The notes beneath the pieces are model-generated. The model was given only the letters and a program-made list of their open reading frames with translations, ran no database searches and was not told the DNA's origin. Positions 42,832 through 54,293 of a stretch of DNA of 64,000 bases are shown here, one piece after another; position 1 is the stretch's first letter, and each line of letters begins with the position of its first letter. This DNA is from Lepidodermella squamata (taxonomy: Eukaryota > Animalia > Gastrotricha): assembly GCA_047495785.1 (NCBI GenBank), contig JBLDXI010000029.1, forward strand, positions 1,426,001-1,490,000. The letters are read 5' to 3'. A program made the translations under genes and the position numbers.

Positions 42832-43028
42832 GAGGGTTGTGATCGAAAGAAAAGTGCAAACTTTGAGTCTTGAAAACATTTGAATGGGTGATCCTGGCGG
42901 GCCAATTTTTTTACCACAGGTAGCCCTTAGGTATGGCTAACACCAGGAAAAATTGGGCTCTTATCAGGTCGTTCATTGTTGCGTAACAAAACTTGCAAAT
43001 TTATACTTTTCCTTCGATCACAACCCTG
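42832..43028. mobile_element. 197-bp MITE (hAT-like ends), copy 1
   Basis: TIR AGGGTTGTGATCGAAAGAAAAGT / ACTTTTCCTTCGATCACAACCCT; colinear same-length copy at 62851..63047. Confidence 0.85.
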
Positions 43029-43084
43029 CAAGAATATATATATATGCAAGAAATTTACCAATATAATATCTTTTAGGCGCAACC

Positions 43085-43335
43085 AATTTTACGGTCAGCG
43101 GAGCCTAATTTGCTGTAGCGGAACCAAAGTCGAAATATGCCAAGAATCATTTTTCGAATAATTCTACGAATTTCAGGCGGAGCATGAATTCTGAATTTAA
43201 CACTCTGTCTCTAATAGCGCTGGATTTACTGGTGATTTTTCTGAAATAATTTTGGCCAATTTCGACCCACGCGAAATATCCGAAAAGCGATTTCAGTCCA
43301 CTAGAAAATTCCAAAATTTGGTTCCGCTAACAGGA
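43085..43335. repeat. Dispersed repeat family (GCGGAACCAAA / AGCATGA.TT.TGAA motifs), boundaries approximate
   Basis: Related segments at ~53575-53790 and ~63840-64000. Confidence 0.55.
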
Positions 43336-43455
43336 GGACCCATTTCTTAACATTAGGAATTTTTTGTAATTTTTAACTGCGAAAATCAAGTTGAATGGAA
43401 AATTCACAAAATATTTACAAAAAAGTAATCAAATTCCAATAAAATTAGAGTGACC

Positions 43456-43964
43456 CTGCTCGTACATATATATGTACGCGATTTTTGCTGCTCGTACATA
43501 TATATGTACGAGATTTTTGCTAGTCGTACATATATTCGAGTGAAAACTTAGAATTTCAGCCAATTACTCAATTTCAATCGTGGCGAGTTAATTTTTTGAG
43601 GGCAAATGCCTCTAACAGGGTTCCAAACACCTGCAAATTTTTACGTGCCCATCGGTTATGGTTCCTGACATTACCGACTTCGGGTAATTTCGGGTTTCAG
43701 GGTGGCTAATAATGGGTATTCACCCTATACATGCCAAACTTCGAGGAAAGGTTGGTCACGCCTCGATGCACATATGGTTAAAATTTGGAACATTTGCGAT
43801 CAAAATTGATTAATCCATATAATTTCAAAATTCAGCAGAAATATTTTTATAACATATGTACGACTAGCAAAAATCTCGTACATATATATGTACGAGCAGC
43901 CAAAATCTCGTACATATCATATGTACGAGCAGCAAAAATCGCGTACATATATATGTACGAGCAG
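43456..43964. mobile_element. TIR element with tandem 32-bp palindromic units in both arms
   Basis: CTGCTCGTACATATATATGTACG(C/A)GATTTTTG about 2.5 times on the left and the inverse about 3.5 times on the right. Confidence 0.8.
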
Positions 43965-44058
43965 TCATTCCGATAAAATTAACTGATTTTTTGTTAGCAA
44001 AAGGTTAGAGTGCTTATCGAAAGTTTTGGCGGTAAAATAGGTGACCCAGCATGGTTAC

Positions 44059-45373
44059 CAGTGTTTGGAATTTGATTCATTTTGATTTTGGGACTAAATC
44101 TTTGCGCTGTAAAATCAAATCTTTTTCTCAAAATCAAATCGCCTGAAACCGAAATCAAATCTTCAAAATCAAATCAAAATGGTGGCAAATCTCTCAAAAT
44201 CTTGAAAGAATTCTCGAAAAATACTTTTTTCAACATCAAATTTTTTTTTTATCAGCAAATTACTTTTTTCATCAGCAAACTCTTTTTTCAACACCAAATA
44301 ATCAAAATTTGCTGCTTAGCTCCTACAAGCCATTTACGGGATTTTATAACTGGTTCGAGTTGTTGGGGGCCTGCGTTGTGCTGCACTGATCAAGGTGGGG
44401 TCAACAACGGTGAAGAGCTTGCCAAAAGTGCGTACGATTTCCGAGGGAGATTGCCAGAGAGTTCAGCTTCGGTGAAACAGTCAGAGAATTCGTTCTCAAT
44501 ATTCTACGCAGGAGATGTTCCTGGTAATATTTTACTAATATCGCTATCACCGATTTCATCACCTATTAAAGTATGAATAAGCTACAAATTAAAACACCGT
44601 CCAACACCTCCTCTTCCGAGTCATGGACTTTGACGCCACCACGGCGCGTGACCGGGAACGCATGTGCAGGATGGCTGATGCACAGAAGCGAAAAACGATC
44701 CGCCGACTCAATTTGGAGGGGCCATAAAAACTATCGAGAGAACTTTCGACATTTAACAGAATTTCGGACAAATTTATTAAATTCACAAGTTTTTTTTCCG
44801 AAATTTAAAAAGTTGTTCTCAACTTTAAAAATCCCTAGCTGAGACAATTTGTAAGATTTTGTTGAACGGTTTTCACAGTAGAAAACTAGATTCAATTCCC
44901 GATTTTTCCTGTATTTTTGCAGAAAAATACAGGAAAAATCTCAGGTCGTAAAACTGAGCGTATCGCAATTTGGTGTCGAAAAAAGAGTTTGCTGATGAAA
45001 AAAGAAAATTTGATGTTGAAAAAAGAGTGACCCGAATTCTCCTCTGAATTTGTTCACCTCGAAAGCTGAATGACACAGTTTTTAGAACAAGAGGTGCTAA
45101 TTTTGAATTTGTAAGTGTATCCAGGTAAAAACCGCCGAAATTCCGTGGTTCAAATGAATATTGGTCATCATTTTCACATAGAAAAATGGTGTACAATAGG
45201 TGTGTTTGCAGTATTAATTGGAGACCTGATCAGGACTACAAAATCATGGGCAAAATCATTGAAAAGCTGAATCAAATCGAAATTTGCGCAAAAATCATAA
45301 ATCGAAACATTTCAAATCAAATCGCGCAAAAATGACCCCAAAATCAATCAAATCAATCAAATCCCAAACACTG
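44059..45373. mobile_element. Non-autonomous hAT-like element with 8-bp TSD
   Basis: TIR CAGTGTTTGG.ATTTGATT / AATCAAAT.CCAAACACTG; exact TSD ATGGTTAC at 44051-44058 and 45374-45381; AAATC subterminal repeats. Confidence 0.9.
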
Positions 45374-47351
45374 ATGGTTACAAAGAAAATTTAATTGTTA
45401 GAGGTCAGGGCAATGCCGAACAGTAATAGCTCAAAAAGTTCAAGGCCTTTGCCTGTTTTCGAAGTAAAAAGTGACATTCTGCTTTTCTTATCAAAAATTC
45501 CATCCTGATTTTTAACCATTGAAAAACCTGGCGTTGTAAAATTTTAGCGAAATCATTAATAATCAAACAAAATACTCGTAATTATTCATGACCTGGTTTA
45601 GAACAGCCGGCAAAAATCACCAGTAATGCTCTGATCAACCGCGTTTCCGTATTTCTCGCATTGATGCTCTCTACCTTCAAAAGCGTTATTTAAAATTCCT
45701 AATACTGTATTTCCAAGCCGGTAAACAAGCACGGAAATCTTCGTCGAATCTGCTTCAAAATCCTCACAGGTCTTGCAAGGTTTGAATGAGGCTTCAGCCC
45801 TGGGTTCAAAGTCGAGAAAGTCGTAAACCAGTAGCAGACAGAGTTCTTATTACTGCGAACAAACGCGTGTGACCTAGATAGCTAGACACACCCGCCATGG
45901 GCCCAGAAATAACACGCACCCAATTATTAAGGCTGGACAAAAGAGTGCATCACGACTTAAATTTCAAATCGTGTCAGCATTTAATTGCAGCAACAAGGGG
46001 GAGTGGTGATTCGCGTGACGATCCACGTGAAGCAAATCACGCAGTCAAGTGCACGGGTGATTATTCACGTGATAACTATGCGCGTCTTCACATGTATTCT
46101 TTTTCGAGTTCACATAAAACCGTTGCGTGTTCGGTCAACACACACACACACACACACATGAATAAAACACGTCATTTTTTTACGCGCTGTCTTTTTTTCT
46201 AAGCTTTGTTTACTCAGGTACGTGTAGAAAAGCGGCGGTCACCGGTAACATACGCGTGTTTAATTTTTTGGCTGGTTTCGCATTCACGTGAATCCGAACG
46301 TGACATGATGGCATTTATTCAAGAAACACACCGTCGACGCGTGAATTATTTTTCTAGCGCAACGACAAGAAAATAAGTTTCGCACCTAAATTCTTGAGGT
46401 GTGGCGCGACTTTCTCTTGAAATTGTCGCAATGCACGCGCGAGAAAAAAATTGCACTGATGCGACGCGGAATAATTTTTTTAGCGACGCATCGATTTAAC
46501 GCAGCAGGCCAAGTTTGCACCGAGATCAGCGCGCGAGTAGAAAAAATCGCCGGCAAAAAAATGTACCGGGCGTGGGGCTGGCCTAAATATAGACGTAGAT
46601 TCCTTCGACCGGTGCAAATTCTGCAGCTCTTCTGTATTGCCGATCGCGGCGTATTTATTATTAAGACACGCCGGCAAAAAACAGGCATATAGGGTGGGCC
46701 ATTATAAATTTATTTTATATTATTATTATTTTCATTAATAATAATAAATATGCGAAATGGGTTATTTCAGTGCGTGTTTTCTCGTTTTTTTTCTTCCTCT
46801 TCATTGCCAATATTTTTACTACTATTATGTTTATTATAGCGGCGGCGGCGGCGGCGTCACTCACGCTATCTATCATGTGTGGTTCACGTGAATGTGAGGC
46901 TGCAAAATATTGCTGTGTGTGTATGTGCGCAACGCGGGTACAAAGTCCATTTTTGACGGTGTGTGTGCCCGACGCATAGCATGATGCACATTCATATGGA
47001 CTTTGGACAGAGCGCGAGGCCGCGAGTGCAAAAAGCTCCTGCTCCCAATATATATAAGTTAGCCCACATTACTTGCCACTACTAAAAAAGTACGATTTTA
47101 TTGTTTCTAAAAAAGAACGACAATTTCATTTTTTTCCAGCCGCCTTATACTGCCCACTTCCGCCCGCGACGCAGTCTCGAGGCGCCCTATAAAACTTATT
47201 AATTATTGTTATTTTAGATTTTCATAACTCATTTCGGTGCATGCGAACTTTTTTCGAACTTCGAACTCAATTTATCGATTTTCTGTTATTATATAGAAAG
47301 CTTTGATATTTTACCTGCGATTACACTCTACAATTTTTCTGCCTGCAAATA

Positions 47352-48843
47352 ATGAAGTTGAAAATTTTCACCGAACGCGGCCAGCAACAGCAGCCGCAAA
47401 ATTGGAAAAATGTAAGTTAAAAAAATCCACCTTAATAAAAAGCGCGGTTTTTTACGATTTGATTTAATTATTAAAGAATGAACGGCCGTCTTCGACTGGA
47501 AGCGACGGCAGTGTCGCCGGCCTGTCGCCGGCCTCGTGCCAGTCGTCGTCTGACGAATCGGCTGTTATGATGATGCCGCAAGTCGCGCCGGTTCAATTTA
47601 TGACGGCGCCGGCGCCTTTCTACAACATGTTCGACGAGCGCGGCGGTTTGTTGGCCCTCGCCCTAGCCGCCCAAGCCTTAGCCGCTCATCAACAGCAACA
47701 ACAGCAGCAGCAAAACACGCCGCCTGCTAGCCCGGTCGGCAACAGCAATGCCAGTTTCGCTTCCTCGATGTCGCCGCGATCGCCGACCCCGGTTACCGAA
47801 TCATCCCCGTCGCCTTCATCTTCCTCATCGTCAGTGCAACAGAACGAAGTGGTTGCTAATAACACTTCTAACCCCGGTCAGCAACAACCAGCGCGGACAA
47901 AACGTTTTCAATGCCCACGCTGCGACAAGGCCTATTATCGCAATTCTCATCTCCAGTCACACATTCGTCTTCACACAGGTTAGTAGTGTCTGTCTTGAAT
48001 TTTTGTTCCTTCATCAATTATTTAACCCCGCGCGTTTTTTACCGGTCCTATGTACTAGTAAGATCGATGATGACGTTGTCTAGGCTGAAGTAGGCTATAA
48101 CTAGGCATGTGGCTGTCCACGTGGCAAGCCTTAGTAGTAATAAACGCACTCGGCGCGCGCAATTTGTGGACTTTGACCTAAAGCCGAGATGTGTGTATGT
48201 ATGTGTGAGTAGTTTTATTGAATCGCAGCCAGCAACAGCCGCCGCGTAAAATGACCAGCTTTTTTTACCACGCCGCTTTTTTATCATCAACACGTCCCTT
48301 ATAGTTGGGATTTAGCGGAAAAAATAGAATGACCTCGAGAATGAGCCGGTCGTAAACAAGATTGTAACAACATGAAAAATAATCCAACGGACTTTGCACC
48401 CTTATGAGCGGATACGGGTTCAAAAAAACGCGCGTGACCTTTGCACTGGGAGTGGTGCTCTAAATAATTGGCAAGAAAAACCGAAAAAGCAAGAAATTAA
48501 AAAATCCAGCTTAATATGTTTTATTTTTATTAATTTTTCTGTTTTTTTTATTAAAGGTGAGCGTCCGTATGTTTGCTCCTTCACCGGTTGCCGGCGGGTG
48601 TTTGCGAGGTCAGACGAGTTGGCCCGTCACCGGCGGTCGCACACGGGTGAGAAGCGATTTCAGTGCACGGCTTGTGGGAAATTGTTCACCCGTTCCGATC
48701 ACGTTCGCAAGCACGCGTCGCAGAAGCATGCCGATGCCGAGTTTTTGCCTCACGCCCGGCTAGCCGCCTACCAGAAAATGGCAGCCACCGCCGGCCAATC
48801 AGTCACCCTACCGACGACGGCAATAAGCGCGAGGCGGCTGTGA
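47352..48843 (+). CDS. Kruppel-like factor (KLF/Sp-type three C2H2 zinc fingers), 3 exons
   Basis: Exons 47352-47411, 47477-47978 and 48557-48843 join in frame; poly-Q/Ser/Pro region; fingers with [41 protein letters not shown]. Confidence 0.9.
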
Positions 48844-50158
48844 TGGTGACAGTAATAATAACAACCGCTAGCATCTCGTCTCTCCTTACTATCTCGCAAC
48901 TTATTGATGGAAAAAAAAATACAAGAAAAATATTGAGAAATATCAACTCGCTCGTCTTTTTGAATACCTGATGAATGAATGAATGATATAACAGAGTGTT
49001 TTATATTTCATAGCGATAATGATGATAATGAATTTTCTTCTTCGCGGCGTTGCTTTCTTTTATTTTTCTCGTTTTCATCGATCGACAAAACTGCCTCGTT
49101 ATAATATTGATTATAATATTATTTAAGTGAGAAATAACCAGAAAAGTGTAAATATAGTCGAAATGTTTGCTCTTGACTTGAACAATAATACACCTTTATT
49201 ATGATTGAAAGAGTTGTAAATAATCACCAAAAAAATATTTTTTTGTACAAACAACATCTTCTTAAGAAATTTATACCGGTTGTGCGTTGAAATCATCCTC
49301 GGAGTTAAATCCTAAAAACCGCACTCAATTTTCTCACCGAATGATTTATTGTAGCGAAACCGATACAACCTATTAAACTGGTTAAACTCTTCTCGGCTGA
49401 AGAAAATTGTAATAATTATTCATCATCGATTGCTAAAAACACTTGTAATTGTCTTCTCTTTGTAAAAAAAAAATGAAATATTCTCGGTATTGAATGAAAT
49501 ATACGAATATATTATGCGAAAAACATCAGATACGGTGACGAAAAAATACGGAAAAATTTGGCAAATAAAAATGAATAATTTTTGAACAATTTTTCGTCTT
49601 ATTTTTACCTGCGGCATTTTTCGAAAAAATATGACATTATTTTCTTGAAAAGCGCACTCGTGTGGACTTTGACCCGCTTGTCCGAATGCCGCGTGGAGTG
49701 ACCACGCATGGGGATACGCTGTAATAAATTGTGCACTTTGTACCCACACGAGTCACCGGTGAGTGAGTGAGCGGAAAAAACCACAAAATTTCGCATCAGC
49801 AATAATCGTAGTGCGCGGCGCTTGCTGTGAGAGCGCAAAAATTATCCAGTCGATGAATTCAATTCATCAATTCATTGACCCGCCATTTCGGGACATTGCT
49901 GCGCGCTTCAGGTGCTTTTGTAGTGCATTGAATTTTGTAAAACAAAAATGGGCCAAATCTCTCCAACTGATTGGAAATAATAAAAAAATAACAAGTGAGT
50001 TCGAATTTTATCAAAATATTTTTTTCAAAAATATGAGGACATTAAAATCGATGGGAAAACAACTTGAAGCTTTACTTGAGTCACCAGCACATTTATTTAT
50101 TTATTTTCTGATATTTTTCCGCTATTGATTAAAAGTGCATTTCCATTTTTTGAGGGAA

Positions 50159-50296
50159 AGAGGTGAAGGTACAAAGTCTAAAGTGCGAGTTCAAAATTAA
50201 TATGACCAGACATTCCTCCAGGTAAATAAGGCACAAATATCAATTTCAAGGGCTCAAAATAACTCGACAGCTTTAAAGTGCATCGACTTCACCTCT
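50159..50296. repeat. Short imperfect inverted repeat (possible old MITE)
   Basis: AGAGGTGAAG...TAAAGTGCGAGTT versus AACTCGACAGCTTTA...CTTCACCTCT. Confidence 0.45.
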
Positions 50297-51164
50297 ATAC
50301 TGCTATATAGGGTGTCCTATTGCACTTTGGACCTTGTACCGGTAATAATGCGCCTTAAAAATCTAACAATTTTAGCAGCGCTAAGGTTTTGACCTAAGTT
50401 AGGACGAGGAGGGCGGCAATTTTCGAAATTTGACCCGGTTGCCCACCCTTAACCTGCGGGGCAAATAACGTTCTTGAAATAGTAGGCGGGTAGCTATTAA
50501 AAATATATAAATGAATCACTTTATTATCAATGGGCAAAGTCCAAAGCTGAAAATGGCGGAAAAATTCGCTTCCTTAGACAACAGGAATTTAACAGGTATA
50601 GGTGGGGGCATTCTGTGTCCCAGTTTATTCAAGACAAGAATTTTTTCTGGCAGTTCCTAGCTTCGGATAAAAACCGATGTTAACCTAGAATAAGCAAGGC
50701 ATAAAAAATGAGTCGCTATATAGGGTGTCTGAAACCAGTCGTTTTTTCTTTAATGGATTGTTTACTTTGCCGATGCTTTCACGTGGACACTCATGCGCGT
50801 TTTTTCAACTGCATTTTTTGGCATTTTCAAGATCTAGGCGACTAGGGACACTGCTAATTTTGGACATTTTAAAATAAGCCATTAGTCATGAAATACCGTT
50901 TAGCTAAAAAATGTATAGCAGGGTTATTTTGGGCAGAGTTGAATGTTAAAAAATCTAAATTAATTTGAATTTTTTTCTGTATAATAAAATTCCAATTCTC
51001 GCGGATTTTCGACGATGATTCTTGCCAAGTTCTTGTAGAGATCTTCTAATTTAAAATACAATGTTGGAAATTTTTTGCGCCTAATAAAAAAGCATGACAA
51101 GGTAAACATGAAGCAAAAAATATTACCAGGGTAAAATTACTAAAAAAATGGGTGAAAACAAGTT

Positions 51165-53110
51165 TTAACAATTGCCATCTGCAGCCACCATGCGCGTGAC
51201 AACCGAAAAATTGTTGAAAAATTTGCCCCAAGCCGAACAAGCTAAGCAGCGTTCCGGATTATTGCCTGCATTATTATTATTCGAATCATCGTCATCGGAC
51301 GCTTCCGAACTCGCCGGAGCATGGTTGTGTTTGTTGTTGAAATAGTCGGTGAAAACCGGCCGGATGATGACTAGGGCCAGGGCGAGGCGTTCGGCCGACA
51401 CGTGGTGCCGTTCCCAATGCGATACGACCAGCTGTTTAGTGCAGGCCTTGAAGCGGACCGGGCGGTCGAGGCGGGCGATGAGACGCTGCATGCCGTTGAG
51501 GAGGACAAGGCCCTGGCCCATGATGCGCCAAGCATCGGCCGACCGTTCTTTCGGCGAGTTGGTCAGGCCCCAGAGCGATCGCGTTTCTGGAATCGTTTCG
51601 ATAACCCTTATAGAACAAAGGAAAAATTCGTAAAATTTGCGACGAGAAAGAAACGATTCATAACAGAAAATTAGTTCTGAAACTTAAAGATTAAAATTGC
51701 TCTCTCTAGCCGTTTTTTTTTAAATTTTAATTGGCATTTGTTGGATTTAAAAATTTGAATTAAATTCAATTATTTCGTTCATTCGCAATTTTTTCAGATT
51801 TTGGATACCATAGCAATAAATTTGAGTCTCAATCGCTAGATTATTCCTGGTTTTCTGCGTCCCAATAGTCATCTTCCGAATCTTGTTCAATTCTAGGTTC
51901 TAGGGCCGAACTGATGGAATTTCACTAAAGCCGGTCAATTTATGAGCTATATTGACTTTAGTAGCTACGGTCAGCATAACCGATATCGATTTCAATTATC
52001 GATTTTATTAATCAGTGATTTTTCCGATACAAATCAGCAGAATTTTAGTCCTGAACGCAAACTTGGGATATTTCAAGCCTACCTGAGGGAGCCGTCCTAT
52101 AGCATTATGGAATGAATCATTACAGAACAAGAAAGGTGTGAAATGAGAAAATTTTTAGTTGGAGTGCTCAAATTTAGTGCTGGAATCTCAATTCTAGTGT
52201 TGCAAATATTATTTAGTAGCATTAGCTTTCGAAAATTCTCATAGATAATCGGTGACATTTTTAAAATGAATGAAATAATTATTTGAAAAATTGGAATATT
52301 CGTCCTATAATAGCTATTTACTATAACTTTTAACCTAATTAATGATAATCGGATTTTTTAAATCTAAAACGGGATATTTTCAAAGGAAGATAAATTTGAA
52401 ATTTTTTTGTTCTCAATTTTCAAACTGAATTTTTGGAATTACTTGTAAATAGCTGCTGATCCAAGGTCTCTAGCGTCCCTCTTAACGTCATCCAGCGTTC
52501 CCTTGATCGCAGCTATCTCCTGACTCGTCATCGGACACGGCAGCGTGTCCTTATTCGGCGGGCTGGGCAAACTCAACCTAGCGCCACTCGACCGTGTCGC
52601 ACGAAGCGGCTGCGGAACCAAACTCGGCTCAGCCTCATCGTCATCCCCATCGTTACTACCGTCCTTGGAATAGGCGAAATTCCGGCGCCAAGGCGGGGCC
52701 GATATCGACTCATGAACCTGAGCGCCAGCCATCGATTCACTCAATTCACCATCGATAATTCGGTCATGCGTGTCCGACGGCTTACTCTCAGGCGGTGAAG
52801 ATGAGACCTCCTCTCGAATCGTGGCGACATTGATCAACTTCCGGCGTTGCAGCCCGTCCGGAGAGTTCGTCCCGGTGCAGCAGGCTCCGATTAGGCCCAA
52901 ATTCACCTGATGGTCGGACATGCTACGGCCACGGTTGGCTGACGTCGCCTTGGCCGGGTCGTCGTCGTCATTGTTTGATATCGGATCGCCGTCTTCGGGG
53001 CGGCTGTCGAGTGATTGGCGTTTTTTGACGCTTTTGTTGCCCTGCGAGCGTGGTTTTTTGCTGTTATGCGATTTTCTAGCGCCGGAATTTGTGTCACCCT
53101 GTTGTTCCAT
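51165..53110 (-). CDS. Globin 1 with long disordered N-terminal extension (start codon uncertain)
   Basis: A helix MTSQEIAAIK; phase-2 intron in K(B12); VIETIPETRSLW (Pro C2, aromatic CD1); WRIMGQG (Gln E7); LVVSH (His F8); AWGKF (H helix). Confidence 0.8.
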
Positions 53111-54293
53111 TTTCGCGTAAAACAACGGAGAGAAGGACATGCAAAAAATTATGAGAAAACAATAATGCAACAGCGAACAAATAACATTTAATTTCCGAGG
53201 CAAACATCGAAATTCGGAATTCAGTCGATAGAAAATTGATAATAGATTGATGGAAATTTAGTTACCATCGATCCGTGAATTTTTCAATTATCTTGACTCT
53301 TGATGTGGGGAAACAAAATTAATGCTTTGTTCTACCTTTTTCTTATCAAGTGTAGGTTGTTTTCGGTTCGAATCGCCGAAACAACTGGAATTTTGATGGA
53401 ACTGAGACCGGAAAACTGGGACCAAATAATAATTCGGCAACAAGCCGAAATATGCCAATAATTTGATTTTGTTTCAATGGTAAATATTTCTGAACAATTT
53501 AGATCAAAATTCTGAAATATAATGCATTGTCTCAAACTCCTGAAAGTATCCCAAAAGCGACTCTTTGCATATTTTGAGTTTGGTTCCGCTCACCGTAAAT
53601 ATTTGGTTTCTTGAAATTTAATTCCTTAGTCGAAAATGGCTACAAAAGGGGCTGTAAGGGCGTTCATATTATTTTTGCGGAACATTTTTTTTTGCGGAGC
53701 CGAAGTCGAAATTATATGCCAAAAGGTCATTTTATTTTTACAAATTGTAGGCTAAGCATGAATTTTGAACTGAAAACTCCGTCTTATACCTAGAGAATGT
53801 TGCGCTAAATGCATTGGTGAATTTTATAGAATTATTGTGGATGATCTTGACCTGCAATAAATATCCGAAATCCGAAGAAGCGTCCCTAGGAACGAGTTTT
53901 ACATCTATTATCTATTATTCTTTGCTCGAGATTGTGCTGCCCATAAGCGTCTGCGAAAAACATGCGTCTGAGGTGTCAGCGATACACCATCGTGCTGAGG
54001 ACCCAGGAGGCGCCGAAATCGAAGCACTAATGCATCGCCCATAACAAAATCAATGAAGTCGTAAATGCTTAGGATGAACGAGAGGAAAGTTTTCCGTTTT
54101 CGTTTCGTAAATCGTAAATATGACGCACAGCCGAGGATGCATTTTGTGTCCGTGCGCGTTAAGCCAAACCGTAAAATAAAACATGTTCAGCACGAGGAAA
54201 CGCGTCGACGAAATTTGACCAGAAACGTCGTTTTCAATAAGGCGCATTAAAATGAGGAAAAACTCAAACGGCTAATCATTCCTAGTAGGTCAA

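Noticed and set aside
43456-43964. 32-bp palindromic repeats resembling a CRISPR array
   Set aside because: Units are contiguous without unique spacers, lie in two inverted arms, there are no cas genes, and the context is eukaryotic.
44082-45196. ORFs inside the hAT-like element as transposase
   Set aside because: Low-complexity translations of AAATC repeats; no BED finger, DDE or hAT dimerisation motif seen.
53111-53203. N-terminal TM segment on globin 1 from the ORF track
   Set aside because: Depends on a TTG start in T-rich upstream DNA; likely UTR or intron, although an ATG at 53140 cannot be excluded.
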